Below are positions 15,029 to 27,389 of a stretch of DNA of 64,000 nt, in pieces. Below the pieces are notes generated by a model. It saw nothing but the letters and a program-made list of their open reading frames with translations, ran no database searches and was not told where the DNA came from. This DNA comes from Callorhinchus milii (Eukaryota), in assembly GCF_018977255.1 (NCBI RefSeq), contig NW_024704743.1, forward strand, positions 49,602,001 through 49,666,000. The letters run 5' to 3'. The position numbers were made by a program, and so were the translations under genes. How positions within the stretch are numbered: the first letter of the stretch is position 1; every line of letters starts with the position of its first letter.

Positions 15029-15774
15029 GTAGACAAATGGATCATTTAACTTGAATTTCTGTTTTATATCTGTAGTTCAGTCGCTTTTGTGCCTAATATT
15101 TTTTAGTTTGTAAATCATTGGACACGAATTGGATCAATGAAAATAGCTTTTTTTAATGCATGTTGGCTAACTTCACTTCACCTGCTATGTTAAATTCATT
15201 AGTATGTTAATAGTGCTTTCATTATCCAAGCAAACTTTGTTTTATTTAAATACACAGCGATGGCACTGTCAGTAGAAGGCTTGCATATAGTGGGCGCAGC
15301 ACAGGAAATTCTATTTCTCTGTTGCTTTTCTTTGGATTGATATTCTGAATAAGTTTAAATGGGCTGTGGTAAACAGAACCTGCCAAAAGAGCTTGATTTA
15401 ACTGCAATTTATATAATTCCTGAATGAAGCATTTTTTTAGTTAAGACAGAAAATTATTTTTGTTGGGATTCAAATGTACCAAAAAAGGCAAGGGTATTTT
15501 ATTCATTAACTAGTTTGTAATCTGTGGGGAATCATGGCAGAGAGAGTTAATTTCTCTCTGGCCTATAATTGCGAACTCATGACTCTGTCGCTTCTCAAGC
15601 TCTTTTAGAAGTGGAATCAATTGTGTTTCACACGTGTAGAATTCCACTTAAACAAAATTAATTAACTTGTTTTAAATTATGACTTTGCCTGCCCAAATAT
15701 TTATATTGAGGATTATAATAAGCATGTGGGGTATTTTTAATACTCTTCAGTGGGTAACACAAACAGCCGCCATC

Positions 15775-16250
15775 ATCATAATAATCCTTACATTTGATAT
15801 AGCACCTTTCATATCAGTAGGAGTCCCAAAATGCTTCACAGGATATACTGTAAAGAGGAGTGTAAAGTGGAGTGACTGTCTCTCGTGGGTGAATGCAGCA
15901 GCCAACTTTCATAGCCCACAAACATCTATGAACTGAATGACCAATTTTATTTGGGGGATTGTTGGGCAAACTTGGAGAAACTCCCTTGTCTTTTCGAATA
16001 GTGCCATGAAATCTTTTAACGTCCACCTGAAGAAGCAAACATTTGAAGGTCTCATCCAAAGGACATCATCTCCAATAATGCAGCACATCCCCAGCACTGT
16101 ATTGGAGTGTCAACTTGGGACGTCCTCCCGACGTAAAGAGCACTCTATAAATGTAATATTGTTGTTATATTTGACTTCCAGGACATGGGGCTTGAGCTCA
16201 CAAACTTCTGACTCAGAGGCGAGAGTGCTGCCACTGCAACAGCCTGACAT
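15775..16250 (-). mobile_element. DeuSINE, full length, antisense, with a nested sense L2 tail (about 16115-16168)
   Basis: Reverse-complemented head cttctgactcagaggcgagagtgct and core atagtgccatgaaatcttttaacgtccacctga; insert gggacgtcctcccgacgt...ataaatgtaatattgttgtt. Confidence 0.82.
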
Positions 16251-17199
16251 ATATGTTCTGAAAGCTTGAAAGTCTTATTATGGATGAATAAAGAAATCAT
16301 CTTAATGTGGTATTTGGGACCCAACTGAGGTTATATTGGGAGGGCTGAGTCATGGAGTTAGGATAAGTCTTCACTTGTGTAACACAATGTAACAGCAGAA
16401 ATCTTTAAAACATTTGAAGTTCAGAAAATTATATTTTGTAAAGCTCTTCGAGACATTTATTTTATATGAAAGATGTTGGATAAATTCAAGTTATTGAAAT
16501 GGATTGATTACTGTCTTCATAAAATAAAAACAAATGGTTCCTATTTCAATAGTATTAGTGATGCAGTATATCACTTATCCTGTCATTATTATTGCCTGTG
16601 CAATAATAATTGAAGTGTTTATCTTGGGATACTTTGTGCTGATTGCTTAAAAATACAGCTCTTTTCCCATTATAATGATGTAATGCAAAGATTTTTATCT
16701 TTAGTAATCAACCCTTTGCCTTTATAGGTAGCTGCAGTTAAATCTCATCTAGCTCTATGATTCAGTAGTCCAATGCATTTATATAATTTGAGAATCAAAA
16801 ATCTTTTACTTGTAAAGGTCAAGTAGTGAATTACACAGTTCTTCTTTTCCTTTTTAGATTTTCAGCATAAGCACAGGAATTTATAGCACAGAAGACGACT
16901 ATTTCGCTCATATTGTCTATACTGGCTGTTTGAAAGAGCCATTCAATGCCATTTACCTGCCTTCTTCTCATCCCTCTGCAAATCACTCCTTTTTTAGATA
17001 TCTTTAGATACCTTCTAGCTCCCTCTTGAAAGCAAACCTAGACTGCAGTGACACAGCATTTCACATATAACATAGGTAACTGACATTAGGGACCTATGAC
17101 AGTTTACCATTTACATAATTTTTGCTTTGCAATTAGGTGAATCAGTTATGTTGATATTATTGCTCCTGTAGCATATAACACACCATAGATACATTTAAT

Positions 17200-17470
17200 A
17201 ATCTACCATAATCTAAATTTCAGCACCAGACTCGTAAGAGAAAGTTCAGCCTGAGGCCTGTGTTTGGCAACCACTCTAATCCTGCTCTTTTCCCTCTCTC
17301 CTTTTATATCTTTATTTAATTCCCTTTTAAATTGTGTGATTGACTCGGCTTCTTTTGGCAACACATCCCAAATCCTGATAACCCTTTGTGTGCGTGTGTA
17401 AGAAAACCAGTTCTTCCATGCTGCTCGTAATAATTTTGAGATGTGCTCCCTTGTTAGCAATTCATCAAAC
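17200..17470 (-). mobile_element. CR1-type LINE ORF2 C-terminal remnant
   Basis: Minus-strand translation TQRVIRIWDVLPK...FKRELNK resembles the CR1 ORF2 C-terminus. Confidence 0.6.
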
Positions 17471-17639
17471 AGAAGACGTTACTTAAAAAATATAACTCCC
17501 TCCTAACCCCCCCTCCTCCTCCAGCCTTTACACTACACAGTTATTTTTCTTCTACTTGACTCTACTTCTGCAGCAAATAGCTATGAAACTTAAGACAGAT
17601 TGGAGATGCACTTTCTCTTAGGAGTTTGGTTTTGAGTGA

Positions 17640-18785
17640 ATCTACATGGATTTCCAGAAGGCATTTGATAAGGTTCTGCACAAGAGACTATTAGCAAAAA
17701 TAAAAGTGGCTGGAATCGGAGGTAACCTTGTGGCGTGGGTTAGTAATTGGTTGGGAGGCAGGAAGCAGAATAGGGATAAAAGTAACGTTTTCTGATTGGC
17801 GGAATGTGATAAGTGATGTCCCCCAGGGGTCTGTACTATGGCCTCAGATTTTCACCATATATAAAAGTGACTTAGATGAAGGAATAGAAAGTTTATGTCC
17901 AAATTTGCAGAGGACACAAAGTTAGGAGGCACAGTAAATTGTGTAGATGGGAGCAGGAAGTTACAAAGGGATTTAGACAGATTAAGTGAGTGGCAAAACT
18001 GTGGTAGATGGAATTCAATGTGGGGAAGTGTGGGGTCAGCCATTATGGATCCAAAAATAGCAAAACAGAATATTTTTTAAATGGTGAGAAACTAAGAACT
18101 GTGGAGGAGCAAATGGATTTGTGTGTCGATGTACACAAATCACTAAAAACAAAGTCACAGGTACAAAAGGTTATCAAAAAGGCTAATGAGTCGTTGGCCT
18201 TTATTTCAAGGGGACTGGAATATAAAGGAGAAGAAATGCTACTTCAGCTATATAGAGCCTTGGTCAGACCTCATGTGAAGTACTGTGTTCAGGTTTGGGC
18301 ACCGCACCTCAGGAAGCATCTTTGGCTCTGGAGGGGGTCTAACGCAGATTCACCAGAATTATATCAGTGCTTACATTATGAGGACAGGTTGCATAAACTT
18401 GGTCTCTATTTCCTTGAGTTTAGAAGGTTGAGGGGTACCTGATTGAGGTTTTTAAAATAATAAAGGGAAACAATACGATAGATACACCTTAACTATTTCC
18501 TCTGGTGGGGATTCCAGAACAAGGGGCATAGACTTAAAATTAGAGCTAGGCCATTTAGGAGTGGAATTAGGAGGCAGTTTTTCACGCAAAGAGTACTGGA
18601 AATCTGGAACATTCTCCCCCAAAAGGCTGTGAATGCTGGATCCATTAACATTTTTAAAATTGAGGTGGATAGATATTTGCCAGGTCAGGGTATTAAGGGA
18701 TATTGGACTTGAGGTACAGATCAGCCATGATCTCATAGAATGGCGGAACAGGCTCGAAAGACTGAATTGCCTACTCCTGTTTGTT
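17640..18785 (+). mobile_element. CR1-type LINE, 5'-truncated, decayed RT and 3' UTR
   Basis: Motifs [37 protein letters not shown] and LYRALVRPH..YCVQVWAP across frameshifts. Confidence 0.92.
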
Positions 18786-19984
18786 TGAATCCTTACTCCA
18801 GGTTTGTTAATCCTGGATTCACTCTCGTCTCTATCTTTGAAAAACAACTGCTGGTTCCTGGATTTTGGTTGCCTCAGTGCATGTTTACTGTGATATCTTG
18901 AATGTCATGTTTGTCTCTGTGGTTCTTTTCTTTGGACTAGAGAGTTCTGCTGCAGGATAAACAAGTGTAGCAGAGCCTGGGGCTGAAGAAGGTGGGGTGG
19001 GGTATGGGTCTGGTTGAATTGGTAACTTGTGTTAAGTGCCTTGTATAAGTGCACTTAAAATATAGCAACCAACTGAGCCACTAAAGTGCTCCTCACTCAA
19101 GACGGGCTGTGTTTTAAATTAACTTCTGGGGGGTGGTGTGTGTCAACTCTCAATAATAACTAAAGATCAAAGAATCACTTTACTCCTTTTACCCGTATGA
19201 CCTGTGGTGTCTCATGAGCAGTACAGATCTATATTTAAGGCTTCATTACCATCCTCTTTCTGTATAATAGAAGGCCCTTTGATTTTGTGTTTCTATTGCA
19301 AGCGCTCCGGGAGGCTACCCTGCTTGAAGGGCGCTATATAAATTGCAAGTTGTTGTTGTCGAAGTTGTTGTTGTTGTTGCATGTGGCACAGAGGTAATTC
19401 AACTAAGAATTGTAACATTGTTCACGTCACAAGCTGAAGCGAACACCAGATACAAAGCATTGTTTAGACTAGCGTCATCTGATAAAGGAGTGAAATTGGA
19501 CCTCAGCCTTCCACAGAAGATTCAAAGAGAATATGTGGAGACTTTAAATGTCAGCAGGTTTGGCCAATTGCACATGTTTGCTTTTGGGAGCAGGTGCAGA
19601 GTTAAAGTTGTTTCATTTTTAACACTGAACCTTTCAGATTCAGACATTGGGGAGTTTGGTGGCGCACAGTAAACAGGTGACTGCTGCTGGGGACCCGAGA
19701 ACTGGAATTGAAAGCAAACAAAATTTCCCAGCTCAACCTACTATTAGATAATGGGGAAGTCATCATTCTTCACTTCTGCAGAGCCCATCTTAATTTGTCA
19801 GGATTTGTATATATATTATACTTTATTTTCTCTCTCTTTACTCCCCATCCCCACACAGACATCTTCAGCTCAAATCATCATTGGTAGGACGCATTCCATC
19901 TCAGACCACGAGCAGCAATGTGTTGATTCTGTGCCCTGGGTTCCAAAGAACCAATTTAACCCATTTTTGTACTTTTCCTCATAG

Positions 19985-20119
19985 GCTGTGCTACTGATTG
20001 GTGAACAAGGTACAGCTAAGACCGTGATTATTAAAGGATATACATCAAAATATGACCCCGAGTCTCACATTGCCAAGAGTCTCAACTTTTCCTCTGCTAC
20101 TACACCACTTATGTTTCAG
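19985..20119 (+). CDS. DNAH5: DNAH5 exon 12: [13 protein letters not shown]...[15 protein letters not shown]3 Walker A
   Basis: Acceptor tcatag|, donor |gtcaga; 135 nt; translated by hand. Confidence 0.95.
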
Positions 20120-21470
20120 GTCAGACATCTACATATAATAATAACTTCTTGCTGCATATAAACACAATTAATTGTGTAGTAATTAAATGAGAAATATCAA
20201 TGAAGCCAGAAAATTTGTATTGGCTAAAGATAAACTAAACCTACAGATCATGTGTTGCAGCCTAGTTTTAACTTGTTTAATATCATCCTTTAATGTAAAT
20301 ATGGAAGATATATTGGGCTCCTTTAGCCTATCTCCTTATACACCACATACAAGAGGACAGCAAGGCTCCCAGGCCTCTGTTAAGACTGCGCCAAAAGCTT
20401 TGCAAGACTTCTGTGTCTTTGGAAAGCAAATTTCCATTGGGAAGCAACCTCTCCCTGATGAGATAAGGAGCTCAAACATGGGAACAACTACAATGGATCT
20501 GTAAGCTGCAACATCAGAATGTAGATTGATAGATTTCATTTGCACTGTCATATTCCGAGATTTAGATAATACCAAGTCTTGACATAACACTTCCATACAT
20601 TGAATTCCATGCATTGCTTCAAATTATTAGTCCTGCAAAAAATGTATTGTCATTCTTTAAGCTGGTTGCTAGAAGTAGATTGTCTGAAATACAATTTATG
20701 CATATGTGGAAATTACAACATTTATAGTAAATTTGACGCACTGTTGGCTCTGCATGAAGAAGTGCTTGGAATTTTTTCTTTGAGGGCAATAAAGACAAGA
20801 TTTCAATCATTGTAACAAAAAAATCAGAAACAAAATGCCAAATTGTTTTTTTCTGAAGATTCTTCCCTCCAGTACATATCAATCACATCCAGTGACATTT
20901 CACTTAGAATTGTTTATATCAGTGTTTTGTGTAACGATTGTAGTGATGTGGGAGATGTAACCAGCCATGAATTTTATATCTGTTGAAGCTAAACATGGAA
21001 GGTGTTGCCAACAGCTATGCCATATTTCAACTGTTAAGTCAAACATAAGCTGTAACCAGGCTTCTCCAAGTGCAAACAGTAAAATCCTTCCTGCATTCTT
21101 CAGGGGAAGGGACAAGTTGTATAAAGATTAGGAAAGTTGGTTCCTTTACAGACCCAATGGCTTTTTATCACATTACTTAAAGCAAAAAGTAGTCCAAAAG
21201 GTTATCTTCACCTTCGCTGCTCATGACAACCTCTATGCCATGGGTCTCTACAGCTTTGTTGGTACCCTCAGTAGGAAACTGTTTCAACACCCCCCAACAT
21301 GATGTTCTTTTTTATCATTACTCAGGGGTAATGAAGATGTGAAGTATCAGCGAATGTACTGTAGACAGGACTGGTGTTAAATCCACTGATTCCAAGCCAA
21401 AATCGAAGGTCCTCAGCATTTTTAACGCTGACAGTATAAGAGTGATTAACCATCATTGTCTGTGTTGCAG

Positions 21471-21593
21471 CGTACAATTGAGAGTTATGTTGATAAACGA
21501 ATGGGTACAACTTATGGCCCACCTGCTGGGAAGAAGATGACCATCTTCATTGATGATATTAACATGCCAGTGATTAATGAATGGGGAGATCAG
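21471..21593 (+). CDS. DNAH5: DNAH5 exon 13: [12 protein letters not shown]...FIDDINMP...WGDQ
   Basis: Acceptor ttgcag|, donor |gtaagc; 123 nt; translated by hand. Confidence 0.95.
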
Positions 21594-22354
21594 GTAAGCA
21601 AGCTGCATTCGACAATGCAATAATTCTGTGCATTGACTTATCAACCTAAAGAGTGCATTAGCTTATCAACCCAAAGACTGCCTTAAAAATGAATAATAGG
21701 TGATGCAGGTGAGGGCATTACAATGAATATTAATTTTACCTTAATGTTAACTTCCAGCAGATCTGTGGGAATTGTTGTTTTCACCAGTGCCCTGGTTATG
21801 TTATCTCATTAACTGTGATGCTGAAACATTGCATTAATAATCTTATTCAAATGGCACAATAGCTTTATTACTTCAATATTAACTCCAAGCTACACAAATA
21901 AACAGAGTAAGATAAATATTTTCAAAAGTATGTTGCAGATTTCTTTATTACTGTTTAATGCCAAACAATTCTGCTTCTACTTCTTTTCCCCTTTTTACCA
22001 TTCTCTCTGCCCTGTTATTTTTTTTACCATGCAATCCAAATTCTATTTTTACGTTGTTTCTTTAAAACAGCTAACCATTAAATTATTTTCTTGCCTCCCC
22101 CTTCCTTCTTCTGGCTCATGTCATTTTGTTTGGTGGCACATCAAATGTATAATATGGCACACAAAAAAACTGCTGAGAAAGTTAATTGTTTAAGCCAGTG
22201 GAAAGCCAGAAATCTGATGAGTGCCCTGGTCATAGACAATACCAACCAATCCCTAATGTGTTTTTGTACATTAAACAAGAAGGGACTGTCAACAAGCAAG
22301 GATACTTGGCAGCAGCCCACAGAGAGAGTACAATTACAAATAAATAAACTCTGT

Positions 22355-24600
22355 ATATAGAACAATAGAAATTTGTGGCACAGAAGAAGGCCATTTGGGC
22401 CATTCTGTCTGTGTTGGCTCTTTTAAAGAACAATGATTTCAGTACAATTTGCCTACTGTTGGGTTCTGGGCAATGAGCAGAATAAGACCAGCTTATTCTT
22501 TTAAGCCTTCTTTTAATTAAGGACCGAGAACAGAGGAACCAAAGACACTCATGCTTTGAAAATTCTTTTCTTAATAACAAAAAATTTAATGCTTGATAGT
22601 TTAATTATCATAAATACAACAGACATTTCAATAGCATAGACAAATGTCCGTATCAAAGTCAGTTGGTAAATTCCCAAACAGCAGGCAAAATATTGCATCA
22701 GACGAAAAGTCTGTTGCTTCAGATCAGAAACCTCTTGTTTGGGTTTGTTGATTACGAAGTCCAAGTTGAATCTTTTAATGATGGACAGCTGAGCTGTGCA
22801 CTTTATTCGACAGTTGTTAAACGTTGTTAATTCTTTTCAACACTTGTTCTATGTTTTTAATTCTTCAAGACACTCTGACGGATTTTAACCCCAAAGTCAA
22901 CACATTTGCTTCACCACTTCATATTGTCACATGAAAGATGGCTTTTGTGTGGGCAGCACCTGATATGCTATTTCCTAGCCTGAACAAAGTATAGTTCGCC
23001 CATACAACTTTTATAATCGATTTTCCACGGGCCGGATGAGAATAAACAATCTTTCCTTTCTCACGTTCATGAAGCAATTATCTCACATAAAAATAATAAA
23101 ATACAATCTACAGAATTGTTATTATTATAGAAGAACATGAATTGTTATAAAACCTGAATTGTTATAGAAAACATTTTAACACAAACATGAAGTTGTTATG
23201 GACAAACATCTTCAACAGTCTTTCAGCTACAATAACAAGTCATCTTGACATTTTCTTAGCTACATCATCATTTTTAACCATTAATCAAAATGGTGTCTAT
23301 TCATCATAACCATTTCTAACCATTAATTGAAATAATTATTTCGACTACATGGGTTAACATATATTCACAATTTCAGTTATGAAGCTGGATCACAACATAC
23401 CCATGCTTGAATTCAAGGATATTTTAAAATATGTTCGCATTCACTATCAACTATCACTATTAATACTGAAATTGTTGTTCATAGGATTAAAGCATATCAC
23501 TGTCTGAACATGGGATCTGATCTACAGTTATGTTAGTTATTCATTTTAAACATCCAGGATCATTCCCTTTTAAAAAGATTTGATTTGATTCACATGTACC
23601 AAACTAGTCCCCCTCTTGAATTATTTTTGAGCCAAGAAATCAGCTAGGTTATTCCAACGGATCACTATTATACTCATCAAATTCTGAGGACCACTGATTA
23701 TTTTCCCTGTTATCAAAATCTTGAAATTGTCCCTATCATTCCCATGTAATTGACAAGCACACTGCACACATCTCAAGTGTGCGAAAAGCGATTATTTCTC
23801 AGGGTCGAATGTCCCAGCTCATGATACTACATGTTTTAACTCTGCCACTGGGAGAGTTTAAACGCGGGTAACCTCTCGGAGGCTGTTCTGCAATAGACAC
23901 GTCCTGTGCTCCTTTTTCAAACTCTGTTCTGAACCTGCAATAGTTCATTATCTCGTTTTAACATACCCATTCATTTTTTTACCTTAAAATGGGAAGGCTC
24001 TAATTGAATGTGCAAAAGAGTACTAAGTATTATAATTTTTTCTTACGCCTGACTTACTCTAGCTTTCTGTCTTGGTTTACTTTCTTCCAAGTCTTTATCA
24101 ATTAATCTGATAATTCACGAACGAACAAATCGCAACGAACCTTTCAAAGTTCCTCTAAATCATTCATGGCGGCAAAATTATCCAACCAGATTCCTAGCGT
24201 TGTTTCAGTATCACTCATGGTACAACCTTAGTCAACCAGGTTCTTAACTTAATTTCAATTTTAACCTCTTAGTGACATTCTTAGTCAACCAGATTATTAA
24301 CTCAGTTTCACTTTAGCCTTGCTGCAACCTTTTCACTCCCACTGCTTACCGACATAATAAAACAGCGTTCTTCGGGTCCAGTTTTAAAATACAATACACT
24401 AATAATACTCCTTTTGGGTGGTCCATGGGCCCAGGACTCTTTAACTCTATAACCGTAGATGCGTTAACACGTTTAACAATACACCTTTTAAATAACCTTT
24501 TCAAGAAGCAGGATCACAGCATTATCCTTTTTCCATGCCCATGTAATTTTTTTCCTTTTTAGATATCTATTCAGTTCCCTTTTCCAAGCTAATATGGAGT
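22355..24600 (-). mobile_element. CR1 3' tail split in two (about 22355-22458 and 24520-24600) by the pol relic
   Basis: atagaaatttgtggcacagaagaaggccatt...ggctcttttaaag resumes as ttttccatgcccatgtaa...tatctattcagttcccttt, the same order as the intact tail at 60888-61038. Confidence 0.65.
22460..24520 (+). pseudogene. Decayed LTR-retroelement or endogenous retrovirus pol relic (RT, RNase H and integrase motifs)
   Basis: Hand translation: YRHNKTAFF...QYTNNTPFGWSMGPGLFNSITVDAL (24347-24466) is RT-like; IVVHRIKAYH (23471) is RNase H-like; AIDT...HYLVLT.PF...SDN (23890-24114) is integrase-like; many stops and frameshifts. Confidence 0.6.
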
Positions 24601-25686
24601 TAAGCTAATACAGTACACTAAGCATTAAATTATGGCTCACTGTCTGCGAGCGGAGACTCCAAAAAAAGTACTCTGAAACATACTTCTTGGAATATAATCA
24701 TAAGTCTTCAAAAAAAAGTGTTGTATAGCAATATTTTAAGAAAACTAATATTATTTTGTCAGATCACATTACTCAAACATTGGAGACCTGCATGGACGGT
24801 GCTTGAAATGTGTACAATTCCTTGTGATGTATTTTGTTCTATTTTTACTGCACATCTTTCACTGTTATAATTTCCTTCTCCTAACCAGAGGCTGAGCATG
24901 CAGTCTGGGCTGAAGGTGGAGTGCTGAGTGCCTGACTGTTGGCAACTAGTGATTACTGGAGGAGGGTGGAGAAGGCTGTGCAGTGATAAATAATCATTAA
25001 GGGCAATTTTCAAAAGTGAATGTCTTGAATCTTTACTTGGCATTATCATAAGTAGCATGCAATGAACAAAAGTAATAACATTCCATTGCTTTTACAAGCA
25101 TTATCAGCTCGAAGATCCCAGTGGGTAAGCTATTACATCTTGGTAAGAGACTAAGCCATCAAACAGACTTTCAAGATGGACTTGAGTGTGCAGCTAAATG
25201 AGCATGGGAAGAGGAGCTAAATGAGCATGGGAAGAGGAGAATGGAGATTGCGTAATGATTGCATACTATCCTTCTATACCCCAGACGCTTATCCTCTGAG
25301 CATTCAACACTTTGCAAGTAGGTGTAGCCCAAAGGCCAAAAAAATGACCAAAATTTGGCATTAAATTATCGATCTTAATGAAAAAAGCCACAATGTTTGC
25401 TGGCATTGGAAATGGAGATTTTACCCTGGTGTAGAGGGAACTTTACGTTATAGCTGTCTGTAGTATACATGGGAACAATGAGTGCCTAAAGCAGAAAACT
25501 GTTCCATTCTCACAGCAAACACCCATCATCTTCACGAACAACATTCACACAAGCAAAGGAAGAGCATTCTCCTTAGCTTTATAGTAACTGTGATCAGTTA
25601 TGTTCTGTTTGGTATTCTGAATGGAAGTTGCTTTTACTTGTATTTAACTTGGGAGCCCTCAGTATACTTTTGTGCTCTTATTTTAG

Positions 25687-25900
25687 GTCACTAACGAAAT
25701 TGTGCGACAGCTGATGGAGCAAAATGGCTTTTATAACTTGGAAAAACCAGGTGAATTCACTAACATTATGGACATCCAGTTCCTCGCTGCCATGATACAT
25801 CCTGGAGGTGGCAGAAATGACATACCCCAGCGTCTGAAGAGACAGTTCTCAATATTTAACTGCACCTTGCCTTCTAATGCTTCCATTGACAAGATTTTTG
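25687..25900 (+). CDS. DNAH5: DNAH5 exon 14: [11 protein letters not shown]...[16 protein letters not shown]...DKIF
   Basis: Acceptor ttttag|, donor |gtaagg; 214 nt. Confidence 0.96.
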
Positions 25901-26049
25901 GTAAGGAAATAAAAAAACAGAAAAAGAGAACACATCAAGTGATTGATCTAAATTCTACTTACTGGGTAGATTGAGGAAAGTAAAATGTAAATGTCTGAAA
26001 AACTAAATTATTATATCTAGCTTTTTGGTTTACAATACTTGTGACCAAC

Positions 26050-26628
26050 TAGTCTTCCTCCCACTTCCCCTGGTGGAGGGGGGGTGGGGGGGTCAAGCAG
26101 GGTCTCCTTAGAGCTGAACTGGCTCCAAGGTGACATGTTTGGCAACAGAATGTTAGAATCGAGCCAACCCTCTGTGGCGGTCTCAGTAGTTCAGTTTCTG
26201 AGCCAGTCAGGTCCGCAGTATTCCAGGACACTGCTGATGACAGCACATCGGCAGGACCTGGAAGGCAGACCAGTCATTGGGGAAGGGATTCTTCCCACTC
26301 AGCTTCTGTTAACCCTGCACGTCAAAACCCTAGGGTGGTCCTAGCTGGACAAGCAGCAGGAAAGCTTGTTTTCAATGGCATGCGGCTTTAGATGGTTATA
26401 CATAGCAATACACTTGGAGTTCCCAGAGGCTTGGCTGTTGCAAATCTATGCTTAATACTCTCTGGAATTAGGTAAGTAATTCCAGGGAGAGAGTGCCTAT
26501 TCCAATAAATATCTCTGAAATGTCCATGTCCAGGGAGGCTACATAGAGCTCTGTTTGGTTTGGATATATTTGAAGCATGGTGATGGGCTTCCGCGTTTGT
26601 CAGACACCCACCCAGCTGACCAAAACAA
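26050..26628 (+). mobile_element. Unclassified poly(A)-tailed retroposon, longest copy (about 580 bp)
   Basis: Homologous to 1223-1550, 9640-10640, 50948-51200, 60410-60470 and 61385-61420; ends tgtcagacaccc...gctgaccaaaacaaac. Confidence 0.65.
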
Positions 26629-26642
26629 ACTTTACTTTGTAG

Positions 26643-26866
26643 GTGTCATTGGAACTGGTCACTACTGTACACAACGAGGCTTCCCTCTGGAGGTGAGAAG
26701 TGTAATATCAAAGCTGGTCCCATTGACTCGCAGGCTTTGGCAGATAACCAAATTGAAAATGTTGCCCACACCAGCCAAATTTCACTACATTTTCAATCTG
26801 AGAGACCTGTCAAGGATATGGCAGGGGATGCTGAACACCATCTCAGAGGTTGTCTGCAGTGAAAAT
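26643..26866 (+). CDS. DNAH5: DNAH5 exon 15: GVIGTGHYC...[18 protein letters not shown]...CSEN
   Basis: Acceptor ttgtag|, donor |gtaagt; 224 nt. Confidence 0.95.
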
Positions 26867-26884
26867 GTAAGTACCTGAAATATA

Positions 26885-27158
26885 TCCGGGATTCTCACCC
26901 GCACTAAACTCTGTACCCACATCACACCAGTTCTAGCCGTGCTCCTCTGGCTGCCATTGGAGGCCGCACTTTGAACCACTATGCCCCGAAACTCTGGAAC
27001 ACTCTTCCTCTATCCCTTCGTTATGCCCCTTCTTTCACTAGCTTCAGGTTGTGCCTGAAGACCTTCCTCTTTGACCATGCCTGGGGACCGCCACTGTCAA
27101 ATGCTTTGGGATGCTACCCTACGTGAGGAGCGCTATATAAATGCAAGTTGTTGTTGTT
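26885..27158 (+). mobile_element. L2 LINE 3' end
   Basis: ctctggaacactcttcct...ctgaagaccttcctctttgac...gcgctatataaatgcaag(ttg)n. Confidence 0.85.
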
Positions 27159-27389
27159 AGACTACAAACCTCATCGATCCTTCCTTTCTGATGAACGTAA
27201 TTACGTATTTCCAATTAAGCTGAAATGCTCCTTAAACGGTTCGAAATATTGGGTGGAAAATGTGTTGTGTTTACAAGCTGATATTGAGGAACTATCACTG
27301 AAAAACCCAATACAGGTGACAAGTATATTGTTTGTCATGGGCTGGGCCACACTTCCCCTGCGGAATCCGCTACAAACACCCTCCTCTTT

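Noticed and set aside
20455..20490. ctgatgag...ctcaaac as a hammerhead core
   Set aside because: The G of GAAA is missing and there is no convincing stem II or stem I.
23015..23060. Minus-strand IVYSHPARGKS as a viral helicase Walker A
   Set aside because: It lacks the first Gly/Ala and any Walker B, and the plus strand explains the region better as pol.
25192..25238. Short tandem duplications (also about 1605-1660, 23113-23200 and 37859-37897)
   Set aside because: Ordinary slippage duplications with no sign of function.
27189..27212. ctgatga followed by the palindrome acgtaattacgt as a hammerhead
   Set aside because: It is not followed by GAAA; likely a chance palindrome.
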